Assembly: GCA_031404815.1 (NCBI GenBank)
Contig: JANNIH010000154.1
Location: 2,091 to 66,090 of the forward strand
Reading direction: 5' to 3'
Source of the DNA: Holophagales bacterium
GTDB taxonomy: Bacteria > Acidobacteriota > Thermoanaerobaculia > Multivoradales > UBA5704
Length of the DNA stretch: 64,000 nt
The position numbers and the translations under genes were made by a program. The notes below the pieces were generated by a model. That model saw only the letters and a list, made by a program, of their open reading frames with translations, was not told where the DNA came from and did no database searches. Shown one piece after another: positions 47,972-57,044 of the stretch. Position 1 is the first letter of the stretch; each line of letters starts with the position of its first letter.

Positions 47972-48733
47972 CTACTTGGGCTCGGGAGCGGCGGGCGTGG
48001 CGACGCTGGCCGGCTTGCTGAAGCGCTCGGCTGAGAGCGTCGGATTGGTCTCGATCTTATCGATCGTCACCGCGAAGCCGCCGCCGGAGCCACCTTTCGC
48101 TTTCTGCTCGATCGAATAGGGGTAGAGGACTCCGTCGACCTCTTTGTAGTCACCGAGTGCGGTTTCGAACTCGAGATCCTGACCGCGAACCGTCCGCTTC
48201 GAGCTGCCTTTGATCTCGAGGAAGTTCTCGGCATCCAGGTAGGTGAAGTCGACGCCGCCATTCTTCTTCGTGACCTTGAGCTTGTAGGCCGGGGTGCCTT
48301 CGATATCCTCTTTGCCGATCAGCTCGACCGTGTGCCCCTTCTCTTTGTAGTCGACGAGCGGTCCGTCGATGTCGGCTTGGTCTTCGACTTCCTTGAGCTC
48401 GTCGGCGGACATCGCTTCGGCCTCTTTCTTGCCGAGGAACGGCATCAGCGCCCAAGCGTTCGTGCCGTCGAAGGTCTGCACCGCGGTCATGCCCTGGATG
48501 GTGAATTCCATACGCATCTTGTTCGGGCGGGCTGATTCGCGGACGAACGGTGCTTCCATCCCCGGACCGACCATCATCTTGCCGGTGTATCGGATGCTCT
48601 GAACGGCTTTGATCTTTTCGCGCCCGCCGCGCGCCTGAATGTTCTTCTCGATCAGCTCGTCAACGGTCTGCGCGGATGCAGAGACGGCGAAGACCGCGGC
48701 AACGGCGAACGTCATCAGTGATTTGCGAAACAT
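47972..48733 (-). CDS. LolA-like outer-membrane lipoprotein-sorting family protein
   Basis: Signal peptide MFRKSLMTFAVAAVFAVSASA. Sequence typical of LolA-like/DUF4292-type proteins. Confidence 0.65.
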   Translation of the reverse strand: MFRKSLMTFAVAAVFAVSASAQTVDELIEKNIQARGGREKIKAVQSIRYTGKMMVGPGMEAPFVRESARPNKMRMEFTIQGMTAVQTFDGTNAWALMPFLGKKEAEAMSADELKEVEDQADIDGPLVDYKEKGHTVELIGKEDIEGTPAYKLKVTKKNGGVDFTYLDAENFLEIKGSSKRTVRGQDLEFETALGDYKEVDGVLYPYSIEQKAKGGSGGGFAVTIDKIETNPTLSAERFSKPASVATPAAPEPK

Positions 48734-48920
48734 GCGCGTGCTCTCCTCTATTCGACTCGGTAGGCCGGGAAGCTTACCGGACCCGGCGGCAGGCGTGCCA
48801 TACGGCTCCAGGAGCCGCTTTTAAGATACGCCGGCCGCGCGAAAAAGTTGCGTCTGGCACCACCTTGCCCCCTGCACTTCCTGCCGCTACGCTTGGGGCC
48901 AATTTCCCGGAGGTTTCTCT

Positions 48921-51900
48921 ATGCGCCGCACGCTTTTCGCAGTCGCAATCGCCCTCTCGTGGGCCGCACTCCCTTCGTCTGGCGCGGCGAAGCCCGCGAC
49001 GGTCGGCAATCCCGGGCTGACTGGCCCTATCGATCCCTCTCTGCTCGCGGGTTTGAAGGCGCGCTCGATCGGTCCGGCGGCGATGAGCGGCCGGATCGCG
49101 GCGGTCGACTCGGACCCGAATCATCCGGAGACGATCTGGGTCGGTTCCGCCGGGGGCGGCGTCTGGAAGTCCGAGAGCGCCGGGATCGCTTGGGAGCCGG
49201 TGTTTGACGATCAGCCGGTCACTTCGATCGGCGCGCTCGCGATCGATCCGACCAACCCCTCGGTGGTTTGGGTCGGTACCGGCGAAGCGAACCCGCGCAA
49301 CAGCGTCTCGATTGGCGAAGGGGTCTGGAAGACTCTGGACGGCGGCAAGAGCTGGAAGCGGTTGGGGCTGGAAAAGACCGAGCACATCCACCGGATCGCG
49401 ATCGATCCGCGCAACTCCCAGGTGGCTTACGTCGCGGCGCTCGGGCAGATCTGGGGCGAGAACCCCGAGCGCGGGGTCTACAAGACCACCGACGGCGGCG
49501 CCAGCTGGAAGCGCGTCCTCTACGTCGATGAGCGCACCGGCTGCGCCGACCTGGTGATCGACCCGGCGAATCCGAACAAACTGTTCGCCTCGATGTGGGA
49601 CTTCCGGCGCGAGCCGTGGAAGTTCCGCTCCGGCGGTCCCGGTTCCGGGCTGTTCGTGAGCCATGACGGCGGCAACAGTTGGAAGCGGCTGACCGAAGAT
49701 GACGGCCTGCCGAAGGGCGACCTCGGCCGCATCGGCCTTGCGATCTCGCGTTCGAATCCGAAGATCGTCTACGCGCTGGTCGAAGCGAAGAAGCCGGCGC
49801 TCCTGCGCTCGAGCGACGGCGGCCGGAGCTGGGAGACGGTCAACTCGGACCCGGACATCAACGACCGGCCGTTCTACTTCGCCGATATCCGGGTCGATCC
49901 CGCCGATCCGAACCGCGTCTACCGCCTGGCGGTGACGCTCGATGTTTCGACCGACGGCGGCAGGAGCTGGAAGACCCTCGCGGGTGCCAACGCGGCGCAC
50001 CCGGATCATCACGCGCTCTGGGCTAACCCGAACGATCCGAACTACCTGATCAACGGCAATGACGGCGGTATCTTCACCAGCCGCGACCAAGGGTTGACCT
50101 GGTCGTTTTCCGGCGGTCTTCCGCTATCCCAGCTCTACCACGTCCGCTGCGACAACGACCTCCCCTACCGGGTCTATGCCGGCCTCCAAGACAACGGCTC
50201 GTGGCGCGGCCCTTCCTCGGTGTGGGAGGGGGGCGACATTCGCAACCTGCATTGGCAAGAGGTGAACTTCGGCGACGGCTTCGACACCGCGCCTGATCCG
50301 CGCGATTCGTCCCGCGGCTACGCGATGAGCCAGGGTGGCGGCCTGGTGCGCTGGAATCTCGTCACCGGCGAACGGAAGGCGATCCGACCGGCCTCGACCC
50401 AAGGAGGGCCGGAGCTCCGGTTCAACTGGAACGCGGCGCTCGGGATCGACCCGTTCGAACCTGACACGATCTACTACGGCAGCCAGTTCGTGCATAAGTC
50501 GGCCGACCGGGGCGAGACCTGGACGGTGATCAGCCCCGATCTGACGACCAACCGGGCCGAGTGGCAGCCAAAGGAGACCGGCGGCGTGACCCAAGACGTC
50601 ACGGGGGCGGAGAACTTCACGACGCTGCTCGCGATCGAGCCGAGCCCGAAGGAGAAGGGCCTGCTCTGGGTCGGGACCGACGACGGCCGGTTGCAGTTGA
50701 CACGAAACGGCGGCAGCGACTGGTCGAGTCTGGAGGCGAACGTCCGTGGCGTTCCGGCCAACACCTGGATTCCTCACATCCACGCCTCGGCCCACGACGC
50801 AGCGACCGCGTTCGTGGTGTTCGATGACCATCGGCGCTCCAACTTCGCGACCTACGCCTATCGTACCGACGACTACGGCAAGAGCTGGAAGAGCCTCGCA
50901 ACTCCCGAGGTCCGCGGCTACGCGCTTTCGATCGTCCAGGATCCGGTGGCGCCGAACCTGCTCTTCCTGGGTACCGAATTCGGTCTCTGGTTTTCGCTCG
51001 ACGGCGGCGGGAGATGGTACCCGTTCCGTCACGGCGTTCCGTCCGTTTCGGTGATGGACCTGGCGATCCATGCGCGCGATCGAGACCTGATCGTTGCGAC
51101 CCATGGGCGCGGCATCTTCATCGTGGACGACCTCGGACCGCTCCGCGAGCTGACCGCAGCAACCTTGGCCGAGCCGCTCCATCTGTTCCCGATCGCCGAT
51201 GCCCAGCAGTATTGGACCTCCCGCTCGACCGGGCCCCGTTTTCCAGGCGGCAACGACTACAAAGGCAAGAACGAGCCGTATGGCGCCACCTTGACCTTCG
51301 CGCTCAACGCAGCCGATCTGCCGCATCCGGATGCCGAAACAGAAAGGGCGCGGAAAGAGGCAAAGCGGAAGACCGAAGGCTCGGCGGACGCGACGGCGCC
51401 GAAGGGCGGAGACGCCGGTGGTGAGGGCGACAAGAAGACCAAAGTGCAGATCCAGGTTCGAGATGCGGCAGGCGAGCGGGTTCGCTCGTTCGAGCAGAAC
51501 GCGACGCTCGGAATCAACCGCGTGGCCTGGGACCTTCGGCGCGACGCGTACAAAGAGCCACCAACCAAGAAGCCGCCCTCCCCCTTCCGTCCGGGCGGTC
51601 CGCAGGTCGCCCCGGGAATCTACACCGTAAGGGTCGGCTACGGCGATTCGATGTCCGAGGCGCAGGTCCGGGTGGTCGGCGATCCGCGGTTTGCTCTTTC
51701 CGGCGCCGAACGGGCCGCGAACGCCGCAGCGGTGCGGCGCGCGGGCTCCCTCAAAGAACGGGTTTCGACGGCCGCCGAGCGGATTGGCCGCTCAAAGGGG
51801 GATTTGAAGACGATTCTCGATCGCGGCGCTAAACGGGATGAGGAGCGCAGAAGGAAGGACGGAACGACGGAGAAATCCGCGGAACTCAAAGGGCTCGAAA

Positions 51901-52199
51901 AGTCGGCGCGTGAACTCCGCACGAAACTAGAGGCGGTCGAGCGGAAGCTCTGGAAGTCGGACGAAGTCGTCGGCCGGCCGAAGGGCGATGACTTGACCTC
52001 GGATCTCGGAGAGGTGCTCGGCAGCCTCGGCTCTTCCTGGGACGCCCCGAACGCCACGCAACTGCGAGCGCTCGAGGAGGTCGAAGAGAAGGCGGCGCCG
52101 ATCCTCGCCGAGGTCGAGGCGCTCTTTCAGAAGGAGGTCGCCGAGTTTCGGGCCACAGTTCCGGCCCGAGATCTGGAGCTGCTCGGCGACGTGGAGTAG
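48921..52199 (+). CDS. Secreted BNR/Asp-box sortilin/VPS10-like beta-propeller protein (paralog 3, 1092 aa)
   Basis: Signal peptide. Asp-box motifs. GGAGG RBS. Confidence 0.85.
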   Translation: MRRTLFAVAIALSWAALPSSGAAKPATVGNPGLTGPIDPSLLAGLKARSIGPAAMSGRIAAVDSDPNHPETIWVGSAGGGVWKSESAGIAWEPVFDDQPVTSIGALAIDPTNPSVVWVGTGEANPRNSVSIGEGVWKTLDGGKSWKRLGLEKTEHIHRIAIDPRNSQVAYVAALGQIWGENPERGVYKTTDGGASWKRVLYVDERTGCADLVIDPANPNKLFASMWDFRREPWKFRSGGPGSGLFVSHDGGNSWKRLTEDDGLPKGDLGRIGLAISRSNPKIVYALVEAKKPALLRSSDGGRSWETVNSDPDINDRPFYFADIRVDPADPNRVYRLAVTLDVSTDGGRSWKTLAGANAAHPDHHALWANPNDPNYLINGNDGGIFTSRDQGLTWSFSGGLPLSQLYHVRCDNDLPYRVYAGLQDNGSWRGPSSVWEGGDIRNLHWQEVNFGDGFDTAPDPRDSSRGYAMSQGGGLVRWNLVTGERKAIRPASTQGGPELRFNWNAALGIDPFEPDTIYYGSQFVHKSADRGETWTVISPDLTTNRAEWQPKETGGVTQDVTGAENFTTLLAIEPSPKEKGLLWVGTDDGRLQLTRNGGSDWSSLEANVRGVPANTWIPHIHASAHDAATAFVVFDDHRRSNFATYAYRTDDYGKSWKSLATPEVRGYALSIVQDPVAPNLLFLGTEFGLWFSLDGGGRWYPFRHGVPSVSVMDLAIHARDRDLIVATHGRGIFIVDDLGPLRELTAATLAEPLHLFPIADAQQYWTSRSTGPRFPGGNDYKGKNEPYGATLTFALNAADLPHPDAETERARKEAKRKTEGSADATAPKGGDAGGEGDKKTKVQIQVRDAAGERVRSFEQNATLGINRVAWDLRRDAYKEPPTKKPPSPFRPGGPQVAPGIYTVRVGYGDSMSEAQVRVVGDPRFALSGAERAANAAAVRRAGSLKERVSTAAERIGRSKGDLKTILDRGAKRDEERRRKDGTTEKSAELKGLEKSARELRTKLEAVERKLWKSDEVVGRPKGDDLTSDLGEVLGSLGSSWDAPNATQLRALEEVEEKAAPILAEVEALFQKEVAEFRATVPARDLELLGDVE

Positions 52200-52203
52200 C
52201 GGA

Positions 52204-52899
52204 CTATCGGGGGGCGGCTGGACGAAGCCGGTCGAGCAGCGCGCCAAATGCGGCGCCGAGGATCACCATCCCGACAATCGAGCCGGTATGCGACGGTAGG
52301 ACGTGACTCGGGAACGTGAAGGGGCAGATGAGCCGCCACGAAGAGTCGGCGAGCAACCCGGCCGCGAGGCCCGCAAGCGCCCCGGCGGTTGCGGGCCGGA
52401 ACGGGAGACCGCGACGCAGCAGGCCGAGCCCGAGCAGGAGGATCGGCGCCCCGATCAGGAATTCGTAGTACATGCAGGCGGTCCGCTCGGCGGCGTCGAG
52501 GCCGGGTGGTGAAGGAAAAGGACTTTGGCGGAAGGCGAGGGCGAGGCCCGCGAGGTGAAAGCCGAGTGCGCCGACCGCGCAAGCCCAGAGGGTGGTGCGC
52601 GGCAGGCCGCTCCCCGGCGCCGCCTCGCGCAGGGAGCTGACCGCGACCATCAAGGCCAAGAGCAGCTGCGCGACCGAAAACCCCCACGCGAGCAGGACGC
52701 CCAGCTGCGGCATATCCGGACGAAATCCGAACTTCCACCAGAACGTGGCGAGCGCAATGAGCGTCCAGGGCACCAGGAGGACCGCCCGGTGAAGCGGCGG
52801 CGACAGGGGTTTCACCGGTTTCAAGTCGGCGAGGATCGCTCTGCGGAGCGATTCGGGCAACGTGGCGTCATTCTCGTCGATCATCTTTCGTTCCGTCAT
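52204..52899 (-). CDS. NrsF-like (DUF1109) membrane anti-sigma factor
   Basis: MTERKMIDENDATLPESLRRAILADL… plus 6 TM helices. Directly downstream of the ECF sigma. Confidence 0.6.
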   Translation of the reverse strand: MTERKMIDENDATLPESLRRAILADLKPVKPLSPPLHRAVLLVPWTLIALATFWWKFGFRPDMPQLGVLLAWGFSVAQLLLALMVAVSSLREAAPGSGLPRTTLWACAVGALGFHLAGLALAFRQSPFPSPPGLDAAERTACMYYEFLIGAPILLLGLGLLRRGLPFRPATAGALAGLAAGLLADSSWRLICPFTFPSHVLPSHTGSIVGMVILGAAFGALLDRLRPAAPR

Positions 52900-52904
52900 G
52901 GCGG

Positions 52905-53474
52905 TCACTCCGCCCCTCCGGCCTGCCTCAGGCCGAGCAAGATCTCTCTCAACATCACCATGCCGCGGTGCGCCCGGAGCTTGGCGGCGCCCCCTCGGAT
53001 CCCGAGCGTCGCGCCGATCTCCTGAAACGACAGGCCCACCACGTGGTGGAGGACGAGCGCTTCCCGGCGCTCTTCCGGCACCTCCCTGAGCGCCCGGTTG
53101 AGCGCCTGACGGTCGGCCAGCCCCTCGACCTCCGGCGGCACCGGCAGATCGGGCGCCTCGCCGTCCGGAAAGAGATCGAACCCTTTGCGCGACTTCGTGC
53201 GCCGATCCATCAGAAAGGCATGGCGCGCAATCGCGAAGGCCCACGGCCTTACCGGCCGGTCTTTCTGGTAGGTGTGGCGTGCCCGATGCAGCTGGAGGAA
53301 CGTTTCCTGCAGCAGGTCGTCCGCGACGGTGGTATTCCGAGAGAGAGAGATCAGGTACCTCCGTAGGGGTGGCGAGAGCGTTCGATACAGCTCTTCGAAC
53401 GCCTGCCCTTCGCCCTGCTGGTAGCGGACCATCAGGGCGGAGAGCTCGTCGGCCGAACTTTCGGCTGGTTCCAC
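52905..53474 (-). CDS. ECF sigma-70 factor
   Basis: Regions 2 and 4 recognisable (…LLQETFLQLHRARHTY…, …LHHVVGLSFQEIGATLGI…). Confidence 0.85.
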   Translation of the reverse strand: MEPAESSADELSALMVRYQQGEGQAFEELYRTLSPPLRRYLISLSRNTTVADDLLQETFLQLHRARHTYQKDRPVRPWAFAIARHAFLMDRRTKSRKGFDLFPDGEAPDLPVPPEVEGLADRQALNRALREVPEERREALVLHHVVGLSFQEIGATLGIRGGAAKLRAHRGMVMLREILLGLRQAGGAE

Positions 53475-53665
53475 TCCACTCCCTCCTATGCCGCGGTCCG
53501 TGCGGCGGTTACAGCACCGTCACGCTTTCCCGGGCGGGGCTCCGGCGCTTTCGACCGACAACTGGTGGTGTTCGGGCTCTAAATCTATCGTAGGGAGAGC
53601 GATCTGGCGAGCGCGGGGCAGGCGGTTGCCTGTAGACTTCGCGCTTTCCCAGGGAGGGTTTTCGG

Positions 53666-53956
53666 ATGCTTGAGCACCTGACGATCGAATCGTTCGCCGA
53701 CCACCGTGATTCCACGTTTCGGCTGGTGGCCACCGAGAGCGTCGCGTTCGACATAACGCTTCACGCCGTGACACCGCTCGGCGACTCGGGCGTTCGGCAG
53801 GCGTTCTCGCTGATTTTTCATGCGCCGCTTGCGGCAACGGTGGTGCCCCAGCGAACCTATCGGTTGGAGCATGCGGTGCTCGGCGCGCTCGACCTGTTTG
53901 TGGTGCCGCTTGGTCCCAAGGGCGGGTTCTTCCGTTACGAGGTGATCTTCACTTGA
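53666..53956 (+). CDS. Small hypothetical protein (96 aa)
   Basis: GGAGGG RBS 7 nt upstream of the ATG. No family recognised. Confidence 0.45.
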   Translation: MLEHLTIESFADHRDSTFRLVATESVAFDITLHAVTPLGDSGVRQAFSLIFHAPLAATVVPQRTYRLEHAVLGALDLFVVPLGPKGGFFRYEVIFT

Positions 53957-54474
53957 TCGGAAGCGTAAGCCGGAGAGGCCGCCGCGGGGCTGGGAACCGC
54001 GCCGGAGGGTAGGTACTCCATCAGATAGTAGACGCTGTTCTCGCCGACCCGCCGGAAACCCAAACGCTCGTAGAGGCGGAGCGCCGGGTTCAGCTGCTCG
54101 ACGTGAATGGTGAGCGGCAGGCCCGCTTCGGTCGCCTCGGCGATCAGCCGTCCCAGAAACTCGGTGCCGATCCCCTGATTTCGAAAGCCCGCCGCGACCG
54201 CGATGTCCATCAGCCGGATCTCTTTCGGCCGTCGATGGATGTAGAGCCGCCCGGCCGGCACGCCGGAGCTGAGGATGATCGACAGCTCGGCGCCGGGATA
54301 GTTCTCGCGGTAGAAGACATCCTGCGCCTGGTACTGCATGGCGCAGAACGCGAACTTCTGCTCGGGGGTCCAACCGACCACCGAAAGCTCTTGCTCGCGA
54401 GTGCCCGCGTAGAGCTCGAGCAGAAACGGCCGGTCCGCGTCCGAGATCGGGCGTAGCGCTAGATCGAGAGCCAT
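53935..54474 (-). CDS. GNAT family N-acetyltransferase
   Basis: …IAVAAGFRNQGIGTEFL… acetyl-CoA binding motif. Confidence 0.8.
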   Translation of the reverse strand: MALDLALRPISDADRPFLLELYAGTREQELSVVGWTPEQKFAFCAMQYQAQDVFYRENYPGAELSIILSSGVPAGRLYIHRRPKEIRLMDIAVAAGFRNQGIGTEFLGRLIAEATEAGLPLTIHVEQLNPALRLYERLGFRRVGENSVYYLMEYLPSGAVPSPAAASPAYASDQVKITS

Positions 54475-54496
54475 TCGCCTTTCCAGCTCGCGGGTT

Positions 54497-55249
54497 CTAG
54501 AAGGTCTCGGGCGCGAGCTCGACCGCCATCAGGATCGAAGCGTAGCGTACCGCACCGCGCGGCCCGGCGAGAGCGGCGAGGCTCGCGCCCGAGGCCCAGG
54601 TGCCGACGGAAAGCCCGAGCAGGTAGAGCCCGCGACGGAGGCGCGGCATCCCCGCTTCCGCATCGATGGTGAAACGCGTCTCGAAGCTCGTGGCCTTGCC
54701 CGTGGCCTCTTTGACCGCCAAGCGAAGGTCGAGCCTGGTCTCTTCGGCCTGCTCGAACTGGAAGCGGACGGGAGGGCTGGGGTTCCACCCCCCGTGACGG
54801 CGGAAGCTCCAGGCGGCGAAGCGATTCGGCCGGTCGTCGATCGGATCGAAGGAGGGGAAGACGACATCCAGGTCGGCGGTGAGCGGCAGCAAGTCGCGCT
54901 GCTTCGCGTCGATGGTGCTCGGGGGATAGAGGCCGCGGATCGCGATCCGGAGCGGCCGGCCATATAGGTTGCCGTCGCCCGCCCAGAGAGAGTCGGCCGG
55001 AACGACGCGGAGGCCGGTCTCGGCATCTCCTTCGAGTCCGGGTCGGCGCACGGCCCGCGGCAGCCGCTTCAGGTTGCGAAGAGTCTCACTCCCCTCGATA
55101 TAGCCGACCGAGAGTGGAGCGGCTTTGCCATCAGCCCACGCGAAATCGGGCAGGGTGGCCGCCAGGACACCTACCGTAGAGAACGCCAGGAACTCGCGGC
55201 GGTTCCAATCCGCCGATCGCTCGGTACCTGAGGGGGTGTTCGAAGACAT
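54497..55249 (-). CDS. Tat-signal secreted hypothetical protein
   Basis: MSSNTPSGTERSADWNRREFLAFSTVGVLAA twin-arginine signal. ATG at 55249. Confidence 0.5.
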   Translation of the reverse strand: MSSNTPSGTERSADWNRREFLAFSTVGVLAATLPDFAWADGKAAPLSVGYIEGSETLRNLKRLPRAVRRPGLEGDAETGLRVVPADSLWAGDGNLYGRPLRIAIRGLYPPSTIDAKQRDLLPLTADLDVVFPSFDPIDDRPNRFAAWSFRRHGGWNPSPPVRFQFEQAEETRLDLRLAVKEATGKATSFETRFTIDAEAGMPRLRRGLYLLGLSVGTWASGASLAALAGPRGAVRYASILMAVELAPETF

Positions 55250-55466
55250 GGCGTCGCCTCGCGTGGGTTTCGGAAATTGCACCGTTCCCGAACCGAAAGC
55301 TTGCGCTGTTCGATAGTGGCACGCTAGCACACCGCGAGGCGGAAATAGCTACAGAATCAACACTTTAGACAGACGGCAGGTGTGCGAACCAGCGAAGTAG
55401 ACAGCGGGCAAACTGCTCCCCCCGAAGGGGGAGCACGCTCTACTACAGAAGCCTCTTACCGAGACT

Positions 55467-55982
55467 TCAAGTGCGCGGGGGGAACACGCCCTGGAGGGCG
55501 ATGTTGAAGTAGAAGGTCAGGTACGGCTGCAGGTTGTTGTGCGGCTGGTCGCCGCCCGCGGGGGCGAGGGCTTGGTCGGACATGGCGACGAACGAACCCG
55601 TCGGCGCGAAAAGGTTGACGCCATCGCCGGAGGCCGCGAGCTGGCCCGTTGGAATATTCTCCAGCGCCTGCTGCGTAGAGGCGTTCTGCGCATGCGGGTG
55701 AGACGGCATCTCGGACTCGAGCAGCGAGACGGTCTCTGAACCGCCGGTCTCGCCTAGGTCATGGAGAGAAAGCCCGGGGCCCTGACCTGGATGCATCGGC
55801 GCACGCCCCTGGAGGTCAGGCAGCGCAAAGTTGCTCTTGCCGTTTCCGCCGTAGGTGGTTCCAAGGAGGGAGAAGAGCGCCGTATTTTGCGACAGCGGCA
55901 GCAACTGACCGTCGCACCACGCCCAACCCCTGGGGGCAAAGTTGAACGGAAAGATGCGAATCTCGGCGACAAAAGGATCCAT
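55467..55982 (-). CDS. Phage tail collar domain (MdpB-like, microcystin-dependent-protein family) protein, paralog C
   Basis: …EIRIFPFNFAPRGWAWCDGQLLPLSQNTALFSLLGTTYGG…NFALPDLQGR…. Confidence 0.8.
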   Translation of the reverse strand: MDPFVAEIRIFPFNFAPRGWAWCDGQLLPLSQNTALFSLLGTTYGGNGKSNFALPDLQGRAPMHPGQGPGLSLHDLGETGGSETVSLLESEMPSHPHAQNASTQQALENIPTGQLAASGDGVNLFAPTGSFVAMSDQALAPAGGDQPHNNLQPYLTFYFNIALQGVFPPRT

Positions 55983-55990
55983 GTCTCCTC

Positions 55991-56500
55991 CTAGGTCGGG
56001 CTCGGGAAGATCCCGAACAGAGAGATGATGAAGTCAACGCACAGATAGGGCTGGAAGTTCGTGTGGGGCTGGCTGCCACCGACCGGCAAAATGGCCTGGG
56101 GAGCCAGTGGTGTTATCGGGTTGTCCGTTCCGTAGGGGAAGACCGCTGCCGTGGTGACGCGCGCCATGACGTTGCCTGTCGGGTCGGGGCTGCCGGCGGT
56201 GGACGTCGAGCCCAGCATCGCGTGGCTGTGCGCCGGGATCTGGCTCACGGTCAGCGTGATCTCCTCGGCGCCGCCGGTCTCGGCGAGGATGAAACCGTTG
56301 CCCTCGTGGATGGGGACTCGGCCGCGCAGATCCGGAAGAGCGAAAGTCGACTGACCATCGCCGCCATAGGTTGTGCCAATGAGCTGGAACAGTGTTTCAT
56401 TCTCGGAAATCGGCAGGAGTTGTCCCTCACAGAACATCCAGCCGGCGGGGGCGAAATTTCCCGCGAACATACGGATCTCGCCGACATAGGGTTGTGCCAT
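55991..56500 (-). CDS. Phage tail collar domain protein, paralog B
   Basis: …GEIRMFAGNFAPAGWMFCEGQLLPISENETLFQLIGTTYGGDG…FALPDLRGR…. Confidence 0.8.
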   Translation of the reverse strand: MAQPYVGEIRMFAGNFAPAGWMFCEGQLLPISENETLFQLIGTTYGGDGQSTFALPDLRGRVPIHEGNGFILAETGGAEEITLTVSQIPAHSHAMLGSTSTAGSPDPTGNVMARVTTAAVFPYGTDNPITPLAPQAILPVGGSQPHTNFQPYLCVDFIISLFGIFPSPT

Positions 56501-56511
56501 CGTGGATCTCC

Positions 56512-57015
56512 TTAGGTCGGGCTCGGGAAGATGCCCTGCAGGGCGATCGAGAAATTGAGCGTCAGGAAAGGTTGCATGTTGAGGTGCGCCTGGCTGCCAC
56601 CCACGTTGGAGACCGAATTTGCCGCCATCGCCGCGAGCCCTGCGGCCCCGCCGTAGACCGCCTGGGGGTTCGATTTACCGAGAACGGTTGTGTTCAACGG
56701 CGTGTTGGCGGCGTTTGTAGTCGATCCCTGTAAGGTATGCGTGTGCGTCGGCAGCTCGGCAATCGAGAGCGTGTGAGCCTGTTCGCCCCCGCGCTCGCCC
56801 AAGGTGTGACCGCTGCCGACGTGAATGGGTGTGCGACCCCGTAGATCCGGCAGCCCGAAGTTGACGCGACCATCGCCGCCGAAGGTGGTGCCCAGCAGCG
56901 AGAACAGCGCCTGATTCTGGTTGATCGGTAGGAGCTGGCCGTCGCATAGCGCCCACCCTCTCGGCGGAAAACTGAAACTCATGATGCGGATCTCGGATAA
57001 GAATGGCTCAGCCAT
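56512..57015 (-). CDS. Phage tail collar domain protein, paralog A
   Basis: …SEIRIMSFSFPPRGWALCDGQLLPINQNQALFSLLGTTFGGDG…FGLPDLRGR…. Confidence 0.8.
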   Translation of the reverse strand: MAEPFLSEIRIMSFSFPPRGWALCDGQLLPINQNQALFSLLGTTFGGDGRVNFGLPDLRGRTPIHVGSGHTLGERGGEQAHTLSIAELPTHTHTLQGSTTNAANTPLNTTVLGKSNPQAVYGGAAGLAAMAANSVSNVGGSQAHLNMQPFLTLNFSIALQGIFPSPT

Positions 57016-57044
57016 AGGCCTCTCCTTTTATGGTTCTCACACCA

